Origin: a virus
Lineage: Duplodnaviria > Caudoviricetes
IMG/VR virus record: IMGVR_UViG_3300031801_000852
Location: 1 to 54,985 of that record
Direction: 5' to 3' (one strand)
DNA length: 54,985 bases
A program made the position numbers and the translations under genes. Below the pieces are notes generated by a model that worked only from the letters and a program-made list of their open reading frames with translations, did not search any database and was not told the origin of the DNA. Of the stretch, positions 26,440 through 34,882 are shown one piece after another. Positions within the stretch are counted from its first letter, which is position 1, and each line of letters opens with the position of its first letter.

Positions 26440-26643
26440 TTATTTTTTAGACTTCTTTTTCTTTTTGGGTTTCAATCCTTTGGGTTTTTTTGCTCTAAAA
26501 TTTTCATTATTATTTTTTCTGATCATCTTTTCTTCTTCAGCAAACATCATATCTTCTTCATGATGGGATCTACCATGACTTGCATTCGCTGAAGATTCTG
26601 GCCAACCTGATAACCACGCACAAAACTTAGAATATAACGACAT
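26440..26643 (-). CDS. small Lys-rich hypothetical protein
   Basis: 67 aa; AGGAG SD; C-terminal KGLKPKKKKK. Confidence 0.65.
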   Translation of the reverse strand: MSLYSKFCAWLSGWPESSANASHGRSHHEEDMMFAEEEKMIRKNNNENFRAKKPKGLKPKKKKKSKK

Positions 26644-26654
26644 AGTTTTCTCCT

Positions 26655-27638
26655 TTAAGTAACTTTTTCTTCTTCTATTAACTTAGCCTCAAATTCTCTT
26701 AAACGCCTAAAAACACTTATTAATTCAATAATAGTAGGCCACGCTTTTAATAGATATTGCATCGATCCTTCTACTCTACCAAATGCTCTTATTATTTGTT
26801 GCATTACACCTAGAGTCATTACTCCAGCAACTATGGCTGGTGCTAGGAATACATAAGCTGATAATACGTTTGCTTGCAAGTAAGCCATTCGACCAATATT
26901 AAAATATAGATAACGTAAGTAACTTAAAAAATGAATTTTACGAACATCATCAAAGAATTCTTCGATTTTCTTTGGTCTAACAGTTCCATCATCTTCGGCA
27001 ATAACAAGTATTTTTCTATATGCCGCTTCTTTTGCTTGTATATCATATTCTATACCAACTAAACGCAATATATACCCTAATCCAATTAAAAAGGCAGTAC
27101 CTCCTAATGTCCAAAGTAACGCACCTGTAATCAATCCATATTCCCAATCACCAAAAAAGAATATCGGAATACCCATTGACAATCCAAACAGTATAGGAAT
27201 AAACTGAACTAAAACCATAACTGATTCAATTAAGGCTGTTCCTAAACCTTCCATTATACGAGTAAATTTAATTGTATCTTCTTGAACTCTTTGCGATGCA
27301 CCTTCTATTGTTCTGGCTTTCTCATACACACTATGATACCATTCAACCATGGCTGTACGCCATCTAAACAAATAGTGAGCCGTAAAATAACTTATTACAA
27401 CATAGAGCCCAACATATATTCCTGCTAGTGTAATAAATGATAATAGACTTTCAAAATATTCTTCTATTGTAATTGCATTTGGTGTAGCAAGTGCTTTTTG
27501 AATCATGTCATAAAATTGACCAAACCACTCGTTGATCTTAACATCTATCTTTACTTGAACCCAAAGTGATCCCAAAATAATTATTGAGCCTAACCAGGCC
27601 CATAGAAACCATTTTTTGTTTGTAAAAAATCTAAACAT
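26655..27638 (-). CDS. sbmA: SbmA/BacA-like peptide transporter
   Basis: INEWFGQFYDMIQKAL, FRWRTAM, IEGASQRVQEDT, EAAYRK, WPTIIEL. Confidence 0.88.
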   Translation of the reverse strand: MFRFFTNKKWFLWAWLGSIIILGSLWVQVKIDVKINEWFGQFYDMIQKALATPNAITIEEYFESLLSFITLAGIYVGLYVVISYFTAHYLFRWRTAMVEWYHSVYEKARTIEGASQRVQEDTIKFTRIMEGLGTALIESVMVLVQFIPILFGLSMGIPIFFFGDWEYGLITGALLWTLGGTAFLIGLGYILRLVGIEYDIQAKEAAYRKILVIAEDDGTVRPKKIEEFFDDVRKIHFLSYLRYLYFNIGRMAYLQANVLSAYVFLAPAIVAGVMTLGVMQQIIRAFGRVEGSMQYLLKAWPTIIELISVFRRLREFEAKLIEEEKVT

Positions 27639-27649
27639 AATATTCTCCT

Positions 27650-27874
27650 CTAATCATTTGTCAAAGTTGGTTCGCCTCTATCGTAAAATTTCCAGCCTGT
27701 TCTACACGGCTTATGTTTTCTTTTACCCCAGGCCTTATCTGTATATACACCATCTCCGTGTTGATCGTATTCACACTCTGCAAAAAATGGTGTCATTCCA
27801 TAAGGCCAATTATTTGTGTTGCTCGAACAACTACTCATCAATAACATTACAAAAACGAGTAATGCTATTCTCAT
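27650..27874 (-). CDS. small lipoprotein
   Basis: Signal peptide with lipobox LMSSC; two further Cys. Confidence 0.7.
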   Translation of the reverse strand: MRIALLVFVMLLMSSCSSNTNNWPYGMTPFFAECEYDQHGDGVYTDKAWGKRKHKPCRTGWKFYDRGEPTLTND

Positions 27875-28107
27875 CCGAATGGCCTCCGTTCTAAATCTAG
27901 ATGTGGTGCTTTTTCATCCACACATTGTCTATAAGGTTTAACATTATGTCGATTAGACCAAATAGTACCTTTCTTGTGTCCACTTCTGGCTCCATCGTTT
28001 GACTCCACCCAATGTCCAAAACAACCGGCCTTAACTTGTCTTACTGTTTCGCATCCCACAACCATCCATGTCGCCATCATTACGAAAATTAATAATAGCT
28101 TCTTCAC
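27871..28107 (-). CDS. small lipoprotein (paralog of 28104-28316)
   Basis: Lipobox VVGC; CFGHWV...PYRQCVDE. Confidence 0.75.
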   Translation of the reverse strand: MKKLLLIFVMMATWMVVGCETVRQVKAGCFGHWVESNDGARSGHKKGTIWSNRHNVKPYRQCVDEKAPHLDLERRPFG

Positions 28108-28316
28108 AAATATCTCCGTTCTTTTAAATTGTTACCTTTGTTATTTTCATCTACACATTGGTAATAAGGTAAACTGGCATCTTTAAGAAGTGTTCTAGTT
28201 CCTCTATGATGTCCGGGTCCCTTAACCCAATGTCCATAACAACTTCCTATACTTGTTCCACATCCAACAACTATCCATGTCGCCATCATTACAAAAAGTA
28301 ATAATAGCTTATTCAT
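28104..28316 (-). CDS. small lipoprotein (paralog of 27871-28107)
   Basis: Lipobox VVGC; CYGHWV...PYYQCVDE. Confidence 0.75.
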   Translation of the reverse strand: MNKLLLLFVMMATWIVVGCGTSIGSCYGHWVKGPGHHRGTRTLLKDASLPYYQCVDENNKGNNLKERRYL

Positions 28317-28325
28317 CTACTTTCC

Positions 28326-28423
28326 TCTGGGTTCTTTTGTTGACTGTCACAAAAACTATATACTTTTTGTGACAAAATAACTACTGTATTCATTCTCTTT
28401 CTGGGTTCTTTTGTTGACTGTCA
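28326..28423. repeat. 24 bp direct repeat flanking an 11 bp inverted repeat
   Basis: tctgggttcttttgttgactgtca at 28326 and 28400; TGTCACAAAAA/TTTTTGTGACA at 28345-28374. Confidence 0.85.
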
Positions 28424-28887
28424 GTTTTATAGTCCCATTCATAGAAACTAATATCTCCGCCAATTGTGATTCCACCTTCTTGGTTTTCTGCTCCATCTTC
28501 CTCTCCTTCTGCTCCTTCTTCTCTTGGTTCACGTAAAACCATAAATTTTCCTTCTTGCTCCGATTTCTCTTTCACACCCTCTAACGCTTTGTGTGTTTCT
28601 TTTGAATACACCAACTGGTAAGAAATAGGAATTTTTTCTTTATATACAACCCACAAATAAATCCAATTTGGTTCATCAATATAATGTTTAAGATACAATC
28701 CCTCTTTTGGGTTTTCAATTCTCGGATACCCCAATATTGAGGTATATGTTACATAAGTTGATGAAACCAAAACGAGAAAAAGTGGAATAAACCAAACTAA
28801 AAACTTTGGGCTTTTCCTTCCTTCAATCAACAGCCACAAACATATGACCGAAAGTAATACTAATCCAAAAATTAAACTTTCTATCAT
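28390..28887 (-). CDS. membrane protein (2 TM), third gene of the MotA-like module
   Basis: Two N-terminal TM segments; ATGA coupled. Confidence 0.75.
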   Translation of the reverse strand: MIESLIFGLVLLSVICLWLLIEGRKSPKFLVWFIPLFLVLVSSTYVTYTSILGYPRIENPKEGLYLKHYIDEPNWIYLWVVYKEKIPISYQLVYSKETHKALEGVKEKSEQEGKFMVLREPREEGAEGEEDGAENQEGGITIGGDISFYEWDYKTDSQQKNPERE

Positions 28888-29573
28888 CTTTCGTCCCTTA
28901 TTCCTTCATATGCGGCAGCACCTGTTGGTGGGGCTGTATAGTTTCCCAATTCCTGCATCGGAGTCACAAACTTTTTCTTTTCAAATGTAAATGGTGAAAG
29001 AATGTTTCCATCTTTGTCCAATCTAAATCTCAAAAAAGTTTCTTCTTGTCCTCTATGATTAAATAGTTTCTCTCCTACCCACATTATTGAATATGGATTT
29101 ACTTTGTGTAATTCAACTCTTACCGTTACAGCTGGTTTTTTAGGATTGATCTTATCATAACTTCTAATTGAATAATAATGACCATTGACAGTATATTCAC
29201 CCTTGATAATTCCACGAATAGTTACTACTTCTCTATTGATTGCAATAGTACTTATTGTTCCATCCGCATTAACTACAGTATCATTCATTGCACCTAAATC
29301 ATCTTTATCTAAGTGCATGAAGTTGTGATTATGATATCTAAAACTAACTTGTTTACCCGTAGGATCTTCTACATAGAGATCAATATCTCCACTAGCATCA
29401 TTGTCCCATTCCATGACAACAACAAATTCTGCTCTTCTGTTGAAATCTTCTTTTTTCGCTTCTGGTTTTATTAGCAAGAATGCTACAATAAAAAGAAAGG
29501 CAAACCCTAGTAGAATGTTGAACAACATATCGGTAAACCCGATAGTTGACTTATATTTATTTTTATCGAACAT
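28884..29573 (-). CDS. single-TM protein with a MotB/ExbD-like membrane Asp and an extracytoplasmic domain
   Basis: GFTDMLFNILLGFAFLF; W...DIDLYVEDP domain. Confidence 0.65.
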   Translation of the reverse strand: MFDKNKYKSTIGFTDMLFNILLGFAFLFIVAFLLIKPEAKKEDFNRRAEFVVVMEWDNDASGDIDLYVEDPTGKQVSFRYHNHNFMHLDKDDLGAMNDTVVNADGTISTIAINREVVTIRGIIKGEYTVNGHYYSIRSYDKINPKKPAVTVRVELHKVNPYSIMWVGEKLFNHRGQEETFLRFRLDKDGNILSPFTFEKKKFVTPMQELGNYTAPPTGAAAYEGIRDER

Positions 29574-29576
29574 TGG

Positions 29577-30047
29577 CTAATCCACCAGTTTTTCATTAAC
29601 TTCATAATTCACCAATTGTATTTTAATAATCAAAGACGCGATTAGCCCGGTCAGGGTAGTGTATAATGCGGTAGACATTCCTCTTGCCATTGATGCGAGA
29701 GCATCTTGTAATGTTGTGGCATTAGTAATATCTATATTTTCAAATGCGGTTCCTAACATATACAAAAAGCCGGTTACTGTTCCAACCATTCCTAATGCTA
29801 AGCAAGATTCAGCAACAAACCATCCAACATCAATTGTGTCATCAACGACAGAAGTTGTTTCTAAATCAAAAGTTTTTCTTCCAATCCAAATCGAAGTAAA
29901 CATAAAAATAACAATAATAAGAAAACTGAGTTTAGTGACATCTGCATAATATAAGAGTGAATGCACGTTAAAGTAATATAATGTTCCGAACCCCAGTATG
30001 GTTAAGCAAAATATTAACCACCATTTTAGTAATTTTTTCCCTATCAT
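29577..30047 (-). CDS. MotA/TolQ/ExbB proton-channel family protein
   Basis: LGMVGTVTGF...GMSTALYTTLTGL. Confidence 0.82.
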   Translation of the reverse strand: MIGKKLLKWWLIFCLTILGFGTLYYFNVHSLLYYADVTKLSFLIIVIFMFTSIWIGRKTFDLETTSVVDDTIDVGWFVAESCLALGMVGTVTGFLYMLGTAFENIDITNATTLQDALASMARGMSTALYTTLTGLIASLIIKIQLVNYEVNEKLVD

Positions 30048-30072
30048 TTTTTCCCTTTAAACTGTTATTATT

Positions 30073-30597
30073 CTAATATTTATCTGTTTTACCTCCATTC
30101 CTTTTTCTCTTTCGCTCCCATAATACTTGTTTTTTTCTAGCATTTCTTATCATATAATCACTAGCATATTCAAGATATAGCTTTCCTAGCATGTGATCAT
30201 ACTCATGTTGAAATATTTTAGCTGATATATCAATAAATGAAGCATTCATTTCATCACCTTCTTTGCCTGAATATGTTGCATTTATTCCTTGAGCCCGTGT
30301 TACTGGAAAAAATAATCCAGGATAAGATAAACACCCCTCTTTCATATACGTTGTTTCTTCAGAATAGTGAATTATTCGGGGATTAAAACACGCAATTGCA
30401 TCGCCATTAAATCTCATTACAAACACTTTTAGATCTACTCCTATCTGACAAGCGGATAATCCCATACCCTCATATTTTATCATAGCATGAATTAATTCTT
30501 CTATCAATTTTTCAGGGTCTTCTTGTGGATTATTAAAATCAAATAATTGTCCACGTTTTCTTAAAATTGGGTCATCTTCTAATACTAAATTTTTCAT
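30073..30597 (-). CDS. def: peptide deformylase
   Basis: GMGLSACQIG, EGCLS, QHEYDH. Confidence 0.95.
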   Translation of the reverse strand: MKNLVLEDDPILRKRGQLFDFNNPQEDPEKLIEELIHAMIKYEGMGLSACQIGVDLKVFVMRFNGDAIACFNPRIIHYSEETTYMKEGCLSYPGLFFPVTRAQGINATYSGKEGDEMNASFIDISAKIFQHEYDHMLGKLYLEYASDYMIRNARKKQVLWERKRKRNGGKTDKY

Positions 30598-30749
30598 TCT
30601 TCTAACCAGTTTTTTTCATCATCGAAAAATCGTTTATACATTTCTTTATATGCCTTTTCTTTTGGCATGCCTTCCTCCATACATTGGTAAAAAAGCTCTA
30701 TTAATTTTTTTGCGTGATCAGGCTTCAACTCTAATAAATCTGCTGTCAT
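30594..30749 (-). CDS. small hypothetical protein (51 aa, not in ORF track)
   Basis: MTADLLELKPDHAKKLIELFYQC...; ATGA overlaps on both sides. Confidence 0.7.
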   Translation of the reverse strand: MTADLLELKPDHAKKLIELFYQCMEEGMPKEKAYKEMYKRFFDDEKNWLEE

Positions 30750-32413
30750 ACTATCCTTGAAAAGTTCTTGTATTTCTCAAACTTTATAATATCCTTAAAC
30801 TTGTCAAAGAGTATATCACCCTTATGACTAATAATGAATACGTTTTGGTTTCCTGTTAGGTGATTAAGTATCTTTAAGAATTCATCTGTACCATTTGCAT
30901 CTAATGAACTATCAAATACCTCATCCAAAATCAAGAGATTGGTATTCACACTATTCTTCATTTTAGCAATTGTTCGCCAAGTGAAAAGAAGTGCCAAGTC
31001 AATTCTCATCTTTTCACCCTCACTAAACGAATCATACGTAAATTCATCTCTATGTCGAGACTTAATATTCTCTTCAAATTTTTCATCTAAATTGAAAGAT
31101 ACAAAGAAGTCCATCGAGGCGAGATACTTGTTGATCAATTGATTCATTATAGGCAAGTACTGTTTAATGATACGTGTCTTGATTCCAGTATCTTTTAACA
31201 AAACATAAGCTGTTTCATATAACAATTTCTGTGCTGACAGTTTTTCTTGTTTTTCCATACAATTTTTCAAGTCACCTTTTAAATTTCTTAATTTGCGTAT
31301 CTTGTCCTCAATGTCATCTTCTCTGGCTTCTATTTCCTTAATCTGATCTTTCAATTTTGTAATGTAACTATTGATTGCCTGAATTTGGTTTTGATTGGTG
31401 GTGATAGCTGTCTGAACTTTTGATACATGATCTAAACGTGATTCTAAATTTTTAATTTTATTACCAAGTTGTAATAATGCAGTTCCATTCTTATGCATCG
31501 ATCCATGATGTTCTTCTATCATTTTAGATTTATGTTCTTCACCCAAATCTTGATTACAAGTAGAACAAATATCATTTTGTTCATAAAATTCTATTTCTTT
31601 TTCTGAGGATATTATTTTTCGTTCAATACCACCTTGATATCCTTCTAATTCTTTAAGGGTTTGTGCCGTCTTATCATCTGATATTGAGTCCATCAACTCT
31701 TTTATTGTTCTATTTAATCGGTCAACCTCACCTTCATTGTTACTAACATCAAGTTCATTTTGTTGAATTTGATTTGTCTTAGTCTTTTTTAACTCATTAA
31801 TTGCTTCTTCAGTATTACTAATATGTGCAACAGATAATTTCCTATTGACTTCAATGTTTTGACTGTCTTCTTTGTTCTCTGATATTTTAAATTTCAACAA
31901 ACCATTCATTACAGAGAAAATTTGAATATCAAGTAAATCTTCAATAATGGTTCTACGATCTGTTGATTTCAATTGCATGAATGGGATATAGTGATTTGCT
32001 CCCAATAAAACAATTTGAGTAAAAGATTTATAGTTTAATTTAAGGATGGTCTTTTCAAGATACTCTTGTTGATCTGCAGTCTTGGCATCTTGGTTCAATC
32101 TTTTACCATCGATAAAAATTTCAAAGATATTTTTCTTGATTCCTCGGCGAACCATATAGGATTTACTACCAATCTCAAACTCTATTTCTACCAACAGTCC
32201 ACCATCATTAATAGAATTTATTAATTGCGGCCTATTGATTCTTCGAAATGGTTTGCTGAATAATCCGAAACACAAGGCATCTAAGATGGTAGATTTACCT
32301 GATCCATTTTCTCCGACAATTAACGTGGTGGAAATTTTATCTAACTGAATTTCTGTAAATTGATTGCCGGTACTTAATAAATTTTTCCACCTGATACTTT
32401 TAAAATATAACAA
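30746..32413 (-). CDS. gp46: recombination endonuclease ATPase subunit (Rad50/SbcC-like)
   Basis: GENGSGKS, CSTC zinc hook, FSEGEKMRIDLA, LDEVFD. Confidence 0.95.
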   Translation of the reverse strand: MLYFKSIRWKNLLSTGNQFTEIQLDKISTTLIVGENGSGKSTILDALCFGLFSKPFRRINRPQLINSINDGGLLVEIEFEIGSKSYMVRRGIKKNIFEIFIDGKRLNQDAKTADQQEYLEKTILKLNYKSFTQIVLLGANHYIPFMQLKSTDRRTIIEDLLDIQIFSVMNGLLKFKISENKEDSQNIEVNRKLSVAHISNTEEAINELKKTKTNQIQQNELDVSNNEGEVDRLNRTIKELMDSISDDKTAQTLKELEGYQGGIERKIISSEKEIEFYEQNDICSTCNQDLGEEHKSKMIEEHHGSMHKNGTALLQLGNKIKNLESRLDHVSKVQTAITTNQNQIQAINSYITKLKDQIKEIEAREDDIEDKIRKLRNLKGDLKNCMEKQEKLSAQKLLYETAYVLLKDTGIKTRIIKQYLPIMNQLINKYLASMDFFVSFNLDEKFEENIKSRHRDEFTYDSFSEGEKMRIDLALLFTWRTIAKMKNSVNTNLLILDEVFDSSLDANGTDEFLKILNHLTGNQNVFIISHKGDILFDKFKDIIKFEKYKNFSRIV

Positions 32414-32414
32414 T

Positions 32415-32726
32415 TTAATATTCTTTTAGTACTTGAGGTTTTGTTTGATGTTCGAATCTATAGTCAAGATCTTTAAGTGATTTTTTAAGAACTGAATTAC
32501 ATAATTGATTTAAAGTTATATCTCTATCGTGAGCTGCAAGTGTCAATACTAAAAGATCATCATTAGATAATTCTATTTCTACTTCTGTTGTAGCTTCTTT
32601 TGGTTCTCCTATTTTAACACTCGCAAAGGCATTCCGATCTCTTTCCCTTTCAAGCTCATCCAAATCATAATTGGTCATTTTTTCCTTTTTTCGTTTTTGC
32701 AGTCTTTCTGCATAAGTTTCCATCAT
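32415..32726 (-). CDS. hypothetical protein (possible ribbon-helix-helix)
   Basis: VEIELS...LAAHDRDITLNQ. Confidence 0.65.
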   Translation of the reverse strand: MMETYAERLQKRKKEKMTNYDLDELERERDRNAFASVKIGEPKEATTEVEIELSNDDLLVLTLAAHDRDITLNQLCNSVLKKSLKDLDYRFEHQTKPQVLKEY

Positions 32727-33796
32727 ACTGTCTCCACAGTCAATGCTTCATTATATAGATTTCTCATCAATATATTTAATTCTGTTTTATTTTCTATATT
32801 TAATGAATCAACATATTTACTTAAAATGGTTAATGTGTCTTGAGCCTCATCGATTATCTCATCATCTTCCATGAATTCCAAATCCGAAAAATTCTCAACT
32901 ACTACTAGATTTGCAACATTTACTGAATATAACTTATCTAGTACAGTATCAAACCAAAAAGGATTTGTTTTCTTTTGTACTACTACTTTTACATAGGTGT
33001 TTTCATATTCACTATAATCTCTTTCAGTTAATGTTTCAAAAGACTCATTACTGTCATCATAGTAAAATTTTCTAAACATTCTATAGGGGTTTTGTATGTG
33101 TTTTAACTCTCTTGTCTCTGTATCGAAGATGTGGAACCCCCTGGGGTCTTTATAATCACTCCATGTTATTTCATAGGGATTTCCTAAGTAGTAAATTGTA
33201 CCATCATCTGACTTGTGGTGAAAATGTCCACTCATAGCCATATCAAATTTATCAAAAATCTTCGCTTCTACACCTTCATGACTCCATGATCCAATATGCT
33301 GTTCAAATCCTCTAACTTCTAAATGTCCCATAAGAATCTGACATTGAGTATTTTTAATTGCTTTCATACATTCACCATAATTATCTTCATTTATCCACGG
33401 CATCATGAGAATTCCTAGTCCATCAAAGCCTACTTCCTTTGGAGAAGAATACATCCACGGCTCTACTTTTCCTTCATGAGTCGTAAAAATTTCTTGGAGA
33501 GAATTTAGTTCGTTAGTATTTTTGTGGAAGGTATCGTGATTACCGATAATTATGTGAGTATCTATCCCCATTTTCCATAGGCGTTCAACAAAATTTGTTC
33601 GTAGATCGTTCAGTATTTTGAAGTTAATGAATTTTCTACGATCCACCACATCACCTAAATGGATGAGGGTTTTGATATTGTGTTTTTCTAGGTAAGGGAA
33701 AAATACATTATCATAAAATTTTCGGAAATAGTTCATGAAGGTGAGACTATCGCCCCTTGCGCCCCAATGAGTGTCCGTTATAAGGGCTATCTTCAT
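32723..33796 (-). CDS. gp47: recombination endonuclease nuclease subunit (Mre11/SbcD-like)
   Basis: TDTHWG, LGDVVD, GNHD, GHFH. Confidence 0.95.
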   Translation of the reverse strand: MKIALITDTHWGARGDSLTFMNYFRKFYDNVFFPYLEKHNIKTLIHLGDVVDRRKFINFKILNDLRTNFVERLWKMGIDTHIIIGNHDTFHKNTNELNSLQEIFTTHEGKVEPWMYSSPKEVGFDGLGILMMPWINEDNYGECMKAIKNTQCQILMGHLEVRGFEQHIGSWSHEGVEAKIFDKFDMAMSGHFHHKSDDGTIYYLGNPYEITWSDYKDPRGFHIFDTETRELKHIQNPYRMFRKFYYDDSNESFETLTERDYSEYENTYVKVVVQKKTNPFWFDTVLDKLYSVNVANLVVVENFSDLEFMEDDEIIDEAQDTLTILSKYVDSLNIENKTELNILMRNLYNEALTVETV

Positions 33797-34371
33797 GCTG
33801 TGGAGCTCATAAATAATTCTAAATTAGATTCTTTTTTCTTAACTACTGCCTTTTTCTTCTTACTCTTTTCAAAAGTGTCTACAAATTCATCTACTACTAT
33901 TCTAAAATCTGAATTTTTATAATCTCCAATTGGATTAGGTACATCATTAGTTTTATCGATATCCATATACCCAGGTATCGTATCATAGTTTTGCATGCTT
34001 TTATATTTTATATATAATTGTTTTTTCTCTTTTTGTATTCTTCGAATAAAAGCATAATAAATTATTTGAGTAAAATATGCAAACGGATTGTTTGATTTTT
34101 CTGGATTAAAATTATGAATATAGTGTAGACAATTTTCTATACCATCAGATATCATGTCATTTTTAAATGCATAATTTATAAAGTTGGGCCTAAAAGATAA
34201 TCTTTGGGCTATTTTCAAAAATACAGATCCTAAATATTCTGAAATTTGTGGAAGTTCCTTTTCATTTTTCTTTGCGTCATCATATTCACTTTTATATTGG
34301 ATCATTGCTTCTAAAAATACGGAGTTATCCACATAATGGGCTTTATTACCCTTATTTTTTCTTCTGGCCAT
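33793..34371 (-). CDS. gp55: late-transcription sigma factor
   Basis: HYVDN, PNFINY, DMISDGIENC, NPFAYFTQIIYYAFIRRIQKEKKQ. Confidence 0.95.
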   Translation of the reverse strand: MARRKNKGNKAHYVDNSVFLEAMIQYKSEYDDAKKNEKELPQISEYLGSVFLKIAQRLSFRPNFINYAFKNDMISDGIENCLHYIHNFNPEKSNNPFAYFTQIIYYAFIRRIQKEKKQLYIKYKSMQNYDTIPGYMDIDKTNDVPNPIGDYKNSDFRIVVDEFVDTFEKSKKKKAVVKKKESNLELFMSSTA

Positions 34372-34406
34372 AATATTATCCCTTTTAAAGTTAATGTCGT
34401 ACACTC

Positions 34407-34479
34407 ATTATATCATGGAATTTAAATATGTCAAGTGTAAAACAGGGGGTCTTGACTTTTCAGGAAAACGTGATATAAT
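34407..34479. promoter_or_regulatory. back-to-back sigma70-type promoters
   Basis: Minus: TTGACA-16-TATAAT (34407-34434) toward gp55. Plus: TTGACT-16-TATAAT (34452-34479). Both have extended TG. Confidence 0.65.
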
Positions 34480-34504
34480 AAAGTGTTAAACACAAAAGGT
34501 GAAT

Positions 34505-34882
34505 TTAATTCATATATCCACTTGGTTCAAAATCTTCTAAAAGTTTTGACATTTTATTTAGTTCTTGATCTCTCGTCTGTGTACTATCTTCATTTACAGA
34601 ATTTAAATAAAATCCTTTATATTCTTCTCCTAAATCTGAAACAGACATAATACTTCTTGTGGCTAAAGGTACTTGTGTAGTATCTGTAAAGGGCAACCAT
34701 TTAAGTAATGCTAATTGAGTAACTTTTTCTTCTTTATCAAATTTCATTAGAACTTTCATTGGCCAATGGAGTTCCAAATAACCACTACTTTTACTTTTAT
34801 CAGTTACTTGTACTTTTGCGAAAAGTATTTCTCCATTATCTAATCTAATAACTTTTAAGTTTTTGTTATCTAATTCTGCCAT
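34505..34882 (-). CDS. conserved T4-like hypothetical protein (Sm-like fold) downstream of uvsW
   Basis: VIRLDNGEILFA...KWLPF; typical position. Confidence 0.7.
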   Translation of the reverse strand: MAELDNKNLKVIRLDNGEILFAKVQVTDKSKSSGYLELHWPMKVLMKFDKEEKVTQLALLKWLPFTDTTQVPLATRSIMSVSDLGEEYKGFYLNSVNEDSTQTRDQELNKMSKLLEDFEPSGYMN

